Under the pieces are notes generated by a model that ran no database searches, had not been told where the DNA came from, and worked only from the letters and a program-made list of their open reading frames with translations. From positions 682,001 to 746,000 of the forward strand of contig JASVEC010000027.1 of NCBI GenBank assembly GCA_030770535.1: 64,000 nucleotides of DNA, given 5' to 3'. Shown here piece by piece: positions 12,479 through 25,085 of this stretch (position 1 is its first letter; the number at the start of each line of letters is the position of its first letter). Origin of the DNA: Batkoa obscura (taxonomy: Eukaryota). Made by a program: the position numbers and the translations under genes.

Positions 12479-13584
12479 ATTTAAGGACATTAAGTATTTG
12501 TTATAAAGTTATATAGTTTATTAAACCTAAGTTAATAATAGTAGTAATTTCTAAAATAAAATAAAATATAATAATATAATGTAATGTCTCAGGCACATGT
12601 CTTTAAAAAATATATGATGTAAATGTTGGCTTATTATAATATCGAACCGTTAAGCTAAAATTAATTTCAAGTTTTAGTTATCACATAAATTCAAATGAAA
12701 TAATATTTGGCTTAAAAGATCTAATTTTTATTTGACATACCTTATAGATTATTATTCAATCAAACTGAGTATTTAATTTTGTTACATCCCTTAAAATCAA
12801 GATTAAGTTAAACTAAGTTAACTTTATACATTAAAATGATAAATAATATAATTATGACAATATAGTTTTGATATAATTGCTTTACTTTCATGATTTAACA
12901 TAGTACTATAAAAATATTATTTTTCTATTTATTTAATAAGATATATAAAATACTAATTAATGGTGTTTTAAAATTAAGGACCCAAATATGGTTTAAGATC
13001 AATTTAACAGTAAACATATTTCCTGTTTAATATTTAAAATATTATTTTAATATTCTAATTTATTACGTTATTTACTGATGTTCAAACTATCATAATTAGT
13101 TATAAATTATTTATTTGATTATAATAAAGTTTAGTTTGATTATAAATTTTGATAGTTAAGGTTAATCTCTAATTTTTAGTTACTTATTTCTGCAAATATT
13201 ATAAATATAAATAAATATAAATAAACATAAATAAAGCTTCTTATTTAATCTTAACGTTTCATTTTTCTAACTTCTAAATTTAGCTAATTATCATTTATTT
13301 TTGGTAGTCACTCTTAATCTCCTCCACAGTTTCAACTGCATTTTTTAATCGGGGTTTTCTATTTTATTAACAACTCCAAAGCAAAACTTTAAGTACTCTA
13401 TGGAGCTAAGATGAGACATAATAGCCAATTCAAGATATATAAATAGCACCAAAATAACAAATATTTATTTATCTTCCTTTAGTATTTAATACAAAACAAT
13501 ATTCTTTTAATTTAACTTATAAATAGTTTGAACTATTAATTAATCTATCTACCTTTAATCTTAGAACTCAATTTTATTCTTAAT

Positions 13585-14094
13585 ATGGTCTCCTTTAATA
13601 AACTTTTAGTCGTCTCAATATCCACCCTCGCCGCTATTGCTCAATCAAATGGTGATGCTACCACTTCCGTAGTAGTTGCAACCGTAGCTACCGCCTCTGG
13701 AAGCAGTGCACCTAGTCAAACTGGATCTAGTGAACCTACTGAGCTTGAAAAATGTGCTCAAAAGAATAGTTGTAATGTTGAAGACCTTGCTTGTAAAGCC
13801 TTGTGTACTGGTGTACCAAACCCAAGTAAGAGTCAAATCGGTGATACCACTTCTTGTGTTGCTGCATGTAACCAAACCAATATTGAGGAATATAAGACAT
13901 GTAGTACCAACTGTATTAATAAATATTACAGAAAAGTAGACCTCCCAGATCAAGCTAAGAATAGCACCAATTCTACCAATGCTAAGAATGGAACTAATGG
14001 AACTAACTCTAGTGCTCTATACTCAACTTCTCAATCTAACTTTATGGGTGCTATCCTTGCTTCTGCTATGCTTTTCTCATACTATCAACTTTAA
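13585..14094 (+). CDS. Secreted Cys-rich, probably GPI-anchored surface protein
   Basis: Signal peptide, S/T region, 8-Cys domain (CTGVPNP...C...C...C...C), NxT-rich stalk, hydrophobic C-terminus; TATATAAAT at about 13436. Confidence 0.85.
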   Translation: MVSFNKLLVVSISTLAAIAQSNGDATTSVVVATVATASGSSAPSQTGSSEPTELEKCAQKNSCNVEDLACKALCTGVPNPSKSQIGDTTSCVAACNQTNIEEYKTCSTNCINKYYRKVDLPDQAKNSTNSTNAKNGTNGTNSSALYSTSQSNFMGAILASAMLFSYYQL

Positions 14095-14237
14095 ATAGTT
14101 TGATATTTACTTTATTCCCTATTTTATAAAAGATAATAAAAAGCGACATATTTAAAACTATTTTTAAAACCAAAGTTTTTAACAATATAAATGGATATTT
14201 AATACAACTTTTATTAATTATTATAATACTAAATAAT

Positions 14238-15059
14238 TTATAAAGTGCCGCAATCCGTAATAGTGATAGCAGACTCAGGTACTTCGTTATTACAAGAAAT
14301 TTGGTTAATAAAATCCAATACCTCTAACCCTTCAGTAAGCCTACCAAATAGCACGTATTTACCATTCAATTTACTATAAGTATCTTTTTTGGTAGTTGGA
14401 AGTGTAATGAAAAACTGTGAAGTATTTGAATTTTTTCCAGAGTTTGCCATTGCTAGTGAGCCTACTTCTTCAAACTTTTTGTTTAAGCCTCCTTTTTCAT
14501 CGTTAAACTTGCCACTATAAATTGAGTCCCCTCCACTACCATCCCCTTAAATTTAGTTAGCAAATTTTATTATTGTTAGTTAAATTAACTACCTCTTGTA
14601 ATGTCTCCGCCTTGAACAATATAATCACTTACCACACGAAATAACGTACTATTTAGGTAATGGAGGGGCTTTTTACTTGTTTTACTGAGGCCTTTATCGC
14701 CTTTACATAAATGGTAAAAGTTTGCACTTGTTTTTGGACAGTTTTTTTCATCCAACTCGAAAACTAGTCTGCCACCCTTTAATTTTTGTGGGGGGTTAAA
14801 TTGAATTAGCTGGTTTAAAAATTAGGTCAACATATAAACTAGTAGGATTTAAAATTACCTTGTCTTTATATTCCGGTTGATTATCTACCATTTCTATTAG
14901 CAGATTTAATTTTTCATTATTAAGTAACTCCTCTTCTTTTAAATCTTCTACCACCCATGATGCATTCTTTGATATAAATTCCTTTCCTAACTCGTAAGCT
15001 TTACATTCCTCTTCATATTTCCTAAGATTTCCAATGGTTATATTTAAATATACTTTCAT
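14238..15059 (-). CDS. Cyclophilin-type peptidyl-prolyl isomerase, 3 exons
   Basis: Spliced reading gives GRLVFEL...CPKTSANF..LCKG...QGGDITRGDGSGGDSIY...AMANSGKNSNTSQFFIT...GKYVLFG. Confidence 0.9.
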
Positions 15060-15186
15060 TTTTATTAAAAGGCAGCATGAAAAAAACTAAGAATTTGTTC
15101 TTTTTTGCTTTTTTTTTTGCAAAACCCTGAGATTTGATAAGATTTGATGAGATCTTCAATTTCAAAATTTAGCTTTTTAAACAAAA

Positions 15187-15522
15187 ATGTCGTGGAGAAA
15201 AGGAATAGCAGCACTATTAGGAATTACTGGGGTAGGTTATGCGTTAATGAAATTGACTGTGCCAAGTCCTAATCAACTATATGATGTAAGTATAACTAAG
15301 TAACCTGCTGGATGATAAACTAATTTAATATAGAAAATGTCCGAGGCTGAGAAAAAAGAGGTAGATAAAAAGCGAGCAGCAGTTAAAAAAGATTGGGACT
15401 TGATTGCTGATTTTATAAAATCAAATGCTCAAAGTGACCGCCCTGCTTGGGACGTCCAAATACCTAAACATATTTTGGAGGCTGGGGATAGAATTAACCA
15501 AGCAAATTCTCGTAAACCTTGA
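15187..15522 (+). CDS. CBP4: Cytochrome bc1 assembly factor Cbp4-like, 2 exons
   Basis: MSWRKGIAALLGITGVGYALMKLTVPSP.QLYD / KMSE...SDRPAW; intron about 15286-15333. Confidence 0.75.
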
Positions 15523-16121
15523 ATGAAATAGAATCTATAATTTAAATGATTAAACTATCTGGTACTTATTTATCTTTTAAAAAAGATACTATGTCATGCT
15601 ATAATAAATGGATGTCATTATAAAGCATGTTTTAGTTCTTTTAGTTTTATCTTTAGCTATTTTATCATACTTAAAATAACTATCATATCTTGGTATCTGT
15701 AAAATCTTATATTACTAAATTTGGTATATATAATATTGATGGCGATATCGTTATACTATAATTGTATTATTTATAATAAAAGTACTATGATTATTTGCTC
15801 ATTTAAAATGGTAATAATTAGATATTATCATAACTTGTATATTGGTTAAGTTATTTTAATTGGTTGAATTTTAACTAAAGAAAGTGATGATAAGTTCAAA
15901 TTTTAATAGAATTTAATAAAAGTATTATTTATTCATCTTACATATGCGAGCTTAAGCATAGGTTTTATTTAAATAAATTTATTGTTCCCTTGTTATTGTT
16001 TTAAAAGTTTGAATTCTAGGTAAACATGGATCTTTATTATATCTTTATTTTTATTATAGAGCTATTTAATATACAGTGTTATTAACTGTCATTTTGTTTA
16101 TTAGAGTTGTACTAATAATTA

Positions 16122-18533
16122 ATGTTATCACCTGATAAAAAAAATAATAGAAACCGTTCTAATTCTGAAAGTTATGATACTGAAACTAGTACCCCTTCAC
16201 ATATTTTCAGATCACGCTCATCAACCCAACGCTTTAGTAAAGGCGATACATACACTATTTTAAATGATGCACTTCGATTACAATCATCAGTAAAACAGAC
16301 GATTGACTTATTTACGTTTAAAAAAAAGATATGTAAAGAGTTGTTGGTACAGATTGAAGAGTGTGATATCTATGTTGAGGAGCAAATAGCTACATATTCA
16401 GATAACAAACCATTTTTGGAGTCAAAGCAATACTTTGTTGCTTTTATGGAATATATTGAAGCATTGAATAAAACACTGGAGTTTATTTATCTTTTGAAAG
16501 ATAAGGGATTATTTAGTAGATTGAGGAATCAAGATAAATATAGAGAAGCTACAAGGGTCCATGCTATTGAGATTGGTAGAGCAGTAAGTTTTTTAAAATC
16601 TTTAAAAGCAGGCCCATATAAAAGTGAACTTAGTTCAAAGATTGTTGTTGGTACTGTACTTTCAAATAATACCATGGGTACTATAAATGGGACACTTAAA
16701 CTTTTAAATGATAATCTATTTTCAGAGCAAGAAATAAAGATTGAAGGCCTTTTCAAAGATGACATAAATAATGAAATTGAGATTAAAAATTATCGAATAG
16801 TCCGTCGGAATATTCGAAGAACTTTAGATAGTCAACCGCGTATGGGTATCAATTTTAAATTATATAAAGCAAGGTACAATCATAATATTGTTGCTGAAAA
16901 AGTGTATCAAGATATTGACCCTCAATTTTTAAAAGGTATTCAGCAAGAGGTTTTAAAGTGGATTCAACAAAGAGCTAATAGTTATGTTGCTTGGGTTCAT
17001 GGTTTATGGGTAGAAGGTTCATCTATTGGTATTGTATCTGATTATTTTGAAGCTGGGAGTTTACAGCAACTGATAAGTAAACATGTAAATGAAGGAACAG
17101 AAATAGACCTTCTCACTAGACTTAGATTTACTCATAACATTATTGAAGCAGTAGCGAACCTTCATTCTATTGGGATTATACATGGAGGACTAAACCCTCG
17201 TAACTTACTCGTTACTTCAAACCTTACCCTTCAATTTGGCGGATTTGAAACAATTCAATTACGTCTGCTTGGGGAAGGAAGAGAAGCTTACTATCCTTAT
17301 ACACCACCCGAAATTTTAGAAAAAGAGGACCCAACCTCTGGTCTGTTTACTAAGAAAGGTGATGTTTATAGTTTAGGTATGATACTAGGTAGTATATGGA
17401 CCACTTCATTTCCTTATGATATACCAGAACCATCTGATTCTCTTTCTTTAAAAAAGAATATATTAGAAGGAACAAAGCCAATCTGGGTTAAAAACTTATC
17501 TGGTCCAACGCTTTCTTTTATTGAGAGATGCATTGATATAAACCCAGAAATAAGGCCTACTTCTTATGAAATGGAAAAAGAAATGCGTAGTATTTTTACA
17601 AATGGTACCACACTTTTAAACTCTCCAAACTCTTTTGGCCCTACTAAATCAAAGAGTACTATCGACCCTTTACTCTTAAATGAACCGAGTCTTGATTACT
17701 CATATGACTATTATTCAGGGTATTCATTGTCTCCTAAGCCGTACATGAATTTTGATTCTGCCACTTCACTATCCTCATTAATCGATGGGTTTAAAAGTAT
17801 GCATATTTCTACCCCAAAGCGCATCGAATCGCTTAGCCCTAATGCTTCACCAGCATTAAATCAAGACGTTCTAGAATTTCCTAACATTGCTTATAATGAA
17901 AGCGTATCTTCAACCCAGACTTCAAAAGATACGAATTTGACTGTCAATACTTCTTTACTATCAAACCTAACCCAAGATGAGATATTATCTCCTGGGTCTG
18001 GAATTTCATTAAGTGATGCTATTTACTTTCATAATACTCAACAGTATGAAAAGGCTTACGCTTACTTTCTTTATCTTTCTGAGGTTGAAGGAAAGGCTGA
18101 AGCCATTTATTACATTGGTTTATATCACTACACTGGGAAGCCTGGGTTCCTTGCACCTAATTTACATTTAGCATTATCTTATTTACAGCGAGCTGCCAAA
18201 GGAGGATGTGGTGATGCTTATGACTACCTTGGTCTACATTACCTTGATTCTGGTCCAGATTTTGCTAAAGCCTTTTCTCATTTTCATGCTGCCGCAAGAC
18301 ATCTTTCAAGTCCAGGATGCTACCACTTATCTCAATGTTATAAAAATGGACATGGTACTAATATTGATCCAGAACTTGCGCTCTATAATCTACAATTGGC
18401 AGCGTCGCTTGGGTATGGACCAGCAAAGAATATGTTAGAACAAGAAATGCAATTAAATTCAAGATATCTTTATAAAATTGAGGAGAGAAGTTCCGAAGCA
18501 CCTGATATTGTTATTGAGGATACTTCTAACTGA
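16122..18533 (+). CDS. Helical N-terminal domain + TKL-type pseudokinase + Sel1-like repeats (MLKL-like architecture)
   Basis: Kinase fold: LYKARY..VAEK, HGGLNPRNLLV, GFE, PPE, KGDVYSLGMIL, CIDINPEIRP; Sel1 repeats AIYYIGLYHYTG, AYDYLGLHY, GCYHLSQCYKNGHG. Confidence 0.85.
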   Translation: MLSPDKKNNRNRSNSESYDTETSTPSHIFRSRSSTQRFSKGDTYTILNDALRLQSSVKQTIDLFTFKKKICKELLVQIEECDIYVEEQIATYSDNKPFLESKQYFVAFMEYIEALNKTLEFIYLLKDKGLFSRLRNQDKYREATRVHAIEIGRAVSFLKSLKAGPYKSELSSKIVVGTVLSNNTMGTINGTLKLLNDNLFSEQEIKIEGLFKDDINNEIEIKNYRIVRRNIRRTLDSQPRMGINFKLYKARYNHNIVAEKVYQDIDPQFLKGIQQEVLKWIQQRANSYVAWVHGLWVEGSSIGIVSDYFEAGSLQQLISKHVNEGTEIDLLTRLRFTHNIIEAVANLHSIGIIHGGLNPRNLLVTSNLTLQFGGFETIQLRLLGEGREAYYPYTPPEILEKEDPTSGLFTKKGDVYSLGMILGSIWTTSFPYDIPEPSDSLSLKKNILEGTKPIWVKNLSGPTLSFIERCIDINPEIRPTSYEMEKEMRSIFTNGTTLLNSPNSFGPTKSKSTIDPLLLNEPSLDYSYDYYSGYSLSPKPYMNFDSATSLSSLIDGFKSMHISTPKRIESLSPNASPALNQDVLEFPNIAYNESVSSTQTSKDTNLTVNTSLLSNLTQDEILSPGSGISLSDAIYFHNTQQYEKAYAYFLYLSEVEGKAEAIYYIGLYHYTGKPGFLAPNLHLALSYLQRAAKGGCGDAYDYLGLHYLDSGPDFAKAFSHFHAAARHLSSPGCYHLSQCYKNGHGTNIDPELALYNLQLAASLGYGPAKNMLEQEMQLNSRYLYKIEERSSEAPDIVIEDTSN

Positions 18534-18804
18534 TGATTTACTAAGCTTTATTCTAAATGTTTAATCTATTTTAGGTTTCAGTTACATACCTAATTTTTAA
18601 ATAATTAATTACATTTATTTTACTACTAATTTAAGTGTCTACTTTTTAATAAAAGTAATAAAACCATCTTGTTGATTTTTTATATTTTTAACCTTAGTAA
18701 AAATAACTAGTTTATAAAATATGTAACTAAAATCTAAATATAGTCATAATTGCTTATATAAGTTTAATTTAACTGCAAAAATATAAACATAGTTTAATGG
18801 AGTA

Positions 18805-18849
18805 GAGGTACAATGAGTTTTAAGGTACAATATGTTTTAAGGTACAATT
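18805..18849. repeat. Short tandem repeat, ~17-bp unit
   Basis: AGGTACAAT repeated three times with GTTTTA-containing spacers. Confidence 0.6.
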
Positions 18850-19643
18850 AGACGGACCCATTCCCTTGATTACCATTAGGCGCCCCGGAAGTAGGAGATA
18901 CAAGGCCATTAACAGCATTATTAATACGTTGAGAGGCACCATTAGCAGTTTCTTGAGCCAAATTAATGGCTTCATTAGCTATCTTTTCAGTGGCTTGTAT
19001 GTAACGTCCAGTAGTGGCAAAGATTTGATTTCTTTGCTCTTTAAGCATATCACCACCATTAGTAACTATCTTTTCGGCATTGTTAGCTGCCTTTAATACA
19101 TGTGGGTTTTCCATAAATGTACTCAAAGACACTACTGCTGCTCCAGTAAGTGGTCGAAACAACGAGTTGTAAAGACCACCAAGGATAGGTAATGATGAGA
19201 GTATGCTTTGAGGATCTACAACATCTTGAATACGATTCAACATGTATTTGCTTTCATTAACTTCAGTGAACTGATATAAGGTATATACTGGGAAGTTAAT
19301 ACTTGGTAATGGAAGGTAAGGCAAACGTATTTCTTGATGGAAAGATACAATACATTGATAGTTACCACTATCAAAATTGAAGGATTGTACAATGTTTGAA
19401 CCAGCATTTAAATCTTTCAAAAGATGGAATACTTTTTTGACACTTTCTTTACCTTGAACGGTAAAGAGTACCTGTTCATATTTTATATCATGAGTAAATA
19501 AAGTATCAATAACCGAATCGGATTGACTTTTATCTTTTGAGTAAAGTTTGTCAATAACATCTAAAATAAAATATTAATATGAATCATAATAGTGAATAGT
19601 TTTACATACTTCCTATATCATTTTCCCATTTTGATAGCTCCAT
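18848..19643 (-). CDS. SnoaL/NTF2-like protein with amphipathic C-terminal tail, 2 exons
   Basis: MELSKWENDI / VIDKLY...IDTLFTHDIKYEQVLFTVQGKESVKKVF...LNRIQDVVD; intron about 19609-19562. Confidence 0.65.
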
Positions 19644-21493
19644 TTTGAATTATTTTATTAAAAAGGGTCTTGTATTTCAAATTTATGTTTATATACACTT
19701 TCTGATAAATAGTCTTAACTATGACGAAACATTATAATGCTATGACCTACGACCACCAATTATTTGGAAGCATTTGGACATTATTTATGAAATTGTATAC
19801 ATTTGATTATTAAATGGCGTGTAGATTAAATTTACAACTAATCAAGACTACACTATTAAATAATATAAATTTAATTTGTTCCTTCTTATCCCTGAAATTC
19901 AGCCATCCTCATTCACTTTGAAAATCAATAAACTTAGTCTTAACATTTAATATTCAGAACTAAACAGCGCTAAGAGAATTTTTTTATAATGTCTAAAAAT
20001 AATGTTAAGTGTTAATGAGATAAATATCGTATTGATGATATCCTTTGGAATTTTATAAACCCGAGTAGCTTAAGCAAGTAAATTTTGAGCCATAAATACC
20101 AGCAATTAAACCTTATCGCTGCTTAAAAGCTAATACCATATTTACTAACAAACACTTCACTGCTTAATGTAATTATTCAATGGGTACTTTGATTAATCCA
20201 GCCTTAAAGCTAGAGCCTAACTACTAGATTATTTTTATATGGCTTTAAAATTTTTATACATCAAAGTATCTCCTAATACTGAAACATTTTTAAGGTTGTA
20301 TGAAATATAAAATCTATTTAAAAAGAAAAAAATTAGTAACCATAATTACTTGAATTTTCGGTATAGTATAATGTCTTTATAAATCTGAATTTTAAATACA
20401 GTTTAAGCCAAAATATTTTACTGATTAAAGTTATATTATTACAGCTAATAAAAAGCTAAACAGTTTCTCAATAAACTATTGTTAATAAAAAATAAACATT
20501 TTTTGCTAATCAAAGGAGCTCGCTAGTTATTGCTTTCATTAACAAAATTAAATTTAAACTAAAGCATCATACAAATATATTACTTAGGTAATATACTTGA
20601 TTAAAAGCAGAACAAGATATATATTATTTTTTAAAGCTGGGGTTGTTTCGAAAGAAGATTTTAACACTATAAAAACTTTTTGCGTATAATAATAAAGATT
20701 AATTATATAATACCATTTAACAAAATGTCAGTTATCTGATATTTAAAATAATAATTCTTTATATTGATTATACCATATGCTTATCTTTGTTACATAAGCT
20801 ATTTTAGTATTAACTTTTAATTTATACCAAAACGTTTAATAGGAGGTTGTAGTTAAAGAGAATATCAACTTTATTATTATTCTAAGTAATAAACAACCAG
20901 AAAAACAGATTATAAATCATGTTTCTCGAAATTAAGAAAGCCAATCATAGTGAGTAAAATTACAAATTTAAACGGAACATAGTTTAAGCTTATAAATCTA
21001 GGTCAACTTTTAATTTAATCTTAAGTAACAATGATTTAAAATAAACAAATTATGATAACGAAATTTGTAGGATTCTATCAATTTATTGGGTTTAGCCTAA
21101 TCTGCTTTATTCGGCTGTTTGGTTTAGATAACATCAGCTTACCAAAACCTCAAATCAACTATCAAAAAAGATTTTCTATCAAACTACTATGGTATACAAA
21201 AACACTTGATGTTGTAAATATTACACCGTAATGTAGTGTTTTTTTGCTATTAACTACGCTCTCTCTATAGTCTATTCCACGAACCACGTCTTTTATGATT
21301 TCATAGAAAAAGACAATTATTAAATTATCCTTTAGATTTATAATGGATAAATACGCATTTTAATTCGTTGTCTTATGATTGGCTGTATCCTGAATACAGT
21401 ATAAATTGTTTCGTAATCACAATAGTATATATAAACGACTAGAAACGTATTTTATCTTTAGTTTTTTTTGTAAATTTAAATATAGTAGTAAAT

Positions 21494-23145
21494 ATGTCTC
21501 AAGCTGTGTAAGCATACGATAACCCATATCATAATCTTTAATTAACTTATTTTATTATAGTGCTGATATTGGTCTCATTGGATTAGCTGTTATGGTATGT
21601 GATAATATTGATTGATAGTTTTAGTACTTATTAATTTTAGGGTCAAAATTTGATCCTTAACATGAATGATCATGGTTTCGTAGTGTGCGCTTACAACCGT
21701 ACTACTTCTAAAGTAGATCATTTCTTAGAAAATGAAGCTAAAGGTAAGTTAAATTTCAGTACTTGATTTAACCTTAGCTTATATATTAAGGTACTCAAAT
21801 TGTTGGTGCTCATAGCATTGAAGAGCTTTGCCAAAAACTTAAGCGTCCAAGAAAAGTCATGATGCTTGTTAAGGCAGGTTCTGCTGTCGATGACTTTATT
21901 GAACAGCTTCTCCCTCACCTTGAGAAAGGTGACATCATCATTGATGGTGGTAACTCTCATTTCCCAGACTCCAATCGTCGTACCAAATACCTTGAAGAAA
22001 AGGGTATCCTTTTTGTTGGCGCTGGTGTATCTGGCGGTGAAGAAGGTGCTCGCTATGGTCCTTCTATAATGCCTGGTGGTTCCCCAGCTGCTTGGTAATA
22101 TCTACTAACTTGAATTTGCTATTTTTACTAACTTGAATTTAGGGAACATCTCAAACCTATTTTCCAAGGTATTTCTGCCAAGTCAGATGGTGAAGCATGC
22201 TGTGATTGGGTAGGTGAAACTGGATCCGGTCATTATGTTAAAATGGTACATAATGGTATTGAATATGGTGATATGCAAATGATCTGTGAAGCATATTCTA
22301 TCCTTCATCATGGACTTGGTCTTAACCATGACGAATTATCTCAAGTCTTTGCTGAATGGAATAAAGGAGAACTTGACTCCTTCCTTATTGAAATTACCAC
22401 TGATATTCTTGCATACAAAGACCAAGATGGTGCTCCATTAGTTGAAAAGATTCGTGATACTGCTGGTCAAAAAGGAACTGGTAAATGGACTGCCATTTCC
22501 GCTTTAGACTTTGGTACCCCAGTCACATTAATCGGTGAAGCTGTATTTGCTCGTTGCTTGTCTTCCCTTAAAGATGAACGTATTCGTGCTAGCAAGCTCC
22601 TTGCTGGTGCTGAATCTCCAAAGATTAGCATAACCGATAAAAAAGAATTTATCAAGAAGGTAGGAAAAGCTCTTTACGCTTCAAAGATCATTTCTTATGC
22701 TCAAGGCTTCATGTTAATGCGTGAAGCTGCCAAGGAATACGGATGGCACTTAAATTATGGTGCCATTGCTTTAATGTGGCGTGGAGGATGTATCATTCGT
22801 TCTGCTTTCCTTGGTGATATCAAGAATGCTTTTGAAAAGAACCCAAATCTTGAATCTCTTTTATTCGATGAGTTCTTCCAAAAAGCTACTGCCGATGCCC
22901 TTCAATCATGGCGTGAAGTTGTTTCCAGTGCTGTTTTAGCTGGTATTCCAACTCCAGCTCTTTCAGCTGCTATTGCTTTCTATGACGGTTATCGTAGTGA
23001 AACTTTACCTGCCAATCTTCTCCAAGCTCAACGTGATTACTTTGGTGCACATACCTATGAACGTTTAGATAATCCTGGTACTTGGGTACACACCAACTGG
23101 ACTGGACGTGGTGGTAATGTGTCCTCTACTACATACCAAGCTTAA
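21494..23145 (+). CDS. GND1: 6-phosphogluconate dehydrogenase, decarboxylating, 5 exons
   Basis: [53 protein letters not shown]; exons 21494-21507, 21561-21594, 21641-21743, 21791-22094, 22143-23145. Confidence 0.97.
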
Positions 23146-24548
23146 ATTAATTTAAAAATTTCATTCATTTAAATTTATTAAAAATAGTCGAATTACTTGT
23201 AGCTAAATAGTAACAAAAGTTTACTTTTTACAAACTGTTTCTAATAATTGTATTCTTATGGTTTCATAAAATTTAATATAAAATATGAGCAGTTAGATTT
23301 TAAATGCAATATTTAACTGCACATCTATTTATTGCTATATTTTAGTACTTAATATAAGCTACGCTGTGGTTAATAAATCTTTAAAGGGATATGTTTGTCA
23401 AATATTTGAGAGTTTCCTTTAGTTGCTATTTTTAATCAGAAACACAATTAAACGTCAATTGTATAAATATTTAAATCTTGTGTTCCTTTTACAAAGTAGT
23501 AGTTATTGGGTTATAGGATAAAATTATCATCGAAATAAATAAAAATTAATAAACTTTCAATGTTTGTATCTTGGATTCAAGGCTCACTATAATTTTGAAA
23601 TTATAATTCTTTTGAGCAAGTAATAAAAGTAATCTTATAAATAAATCCACTAAAATATAACAAATCTAGAATTAGCACCAAAATAATGTCTAACAGGTTG
23701 ATTTGAATATTTGAATTTAATAGCTCAAAACCTAATCTCTAATTATATTTTTCAAAACTATTGTATAACTTTTGTTAGTGTGATTTTTTAATTCATACTA
23801 TAGTATTTATAATATTTCTTTATCAATTAACTTCCATTTTATTATTATTATTTATCTTATTGTTGGGTCATTTCTACTTTCGGAATTTTAATGTAGTTTT
23901 GAGCATCCTCAAAGGTGCTGAGTTTTATAAAACTTATTTCGGACTTAATTTAATTTATAACAAACTAATTCTGGAACTGGATTTTACATTATTAATCTCA
24001 TTTCAATAGAAATTATACTGAGATTCGTAATTTTGATAAAATATACTGATAATGCATAACCCCAAACTAAGTTTGGTCCTAATTGAAAGTTAAAATATTA
24101 GGGTTTTAGCCAATTTCACTAAAATAAATTATTAACCTGACAATTAAAAGTAAAGAATGAATTGGATACATTAGTAATCAAAGCAAATTATAAATGGAGG
24201 TAGGGGCAAGCGCGTGTCTAAGCAAAAAATTAATATCAATTTTTAAAATTTCAATCAAAAACAGCTAATTGGGTTTAGAAGCAGTTAAAACTAACTTTAT
24301 ATGAAAAGTATTCTATGTTTTTATTAAATCAAAATACTATGTTAGATATTTTGTAAAAGTGATATATTTATTTTAGCACCACGACTGGTGCTATTTTAGG
24401 TTTGGTATTTTCTGTGTTAAAGATTTATTTATTTTTTCATTTGATTGGATTGATTCGTCACCAAAAAAAATTACCTGGGTACTTGTTTATCCCTGCCGAA
24501 ATAATTATTAAAATGATTTGAAATTAAAGGAAAGTTAATTAGTAATAT

Positions 24549-24647
24549 GGGGATGTATTTTTGTGTTTAAGAATTTTACTAACAATCTTTCCGCTCAAAT
24601 AGCGCTTAAAAGATAGAAAAAATAATGAAGCCAAAAAAGACACCCCC
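24549..24647. mobile_element. MITE family A copy
   Basis: Family core; ATAT on both flanks. Confidence 0.9.
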
Positions 24648-25085
24648 ATATAGACCTTTTTTTTGGTATTTTCAACAAAAGGCAAGATTGAATTTGGATT
24701 CAAATAAAACTAATACTACATAAAAATAAAAAACCCTACGTTCTAATATTTCCCCTAATGCAAGCAAAAAATGGCGGGATTTTAAACAATGAGCTTATCT
24801 AAAAGTTTATTATGATTAAAGTTGACATATTTTCTATTCAATTTTACTCAATTTTATTCGATCTTGAATTTTTAAATCAATATAATTTTTAGAAAAATAT
24901 CCGAAAAAGATGCAATTTAAATCGAATACCTCTTTTTAAAGTTAAGTAAGGATAATTTATTAAAATTATTGCACAATGTATTATTAATAAGTTTAGGACA
25001 ATTCATGTATATAAAGTAATGATAAACGCTTTTAATAAAAAATAAAACAAATAAACAACTAAGATTATATCAAATAATACAGTCA

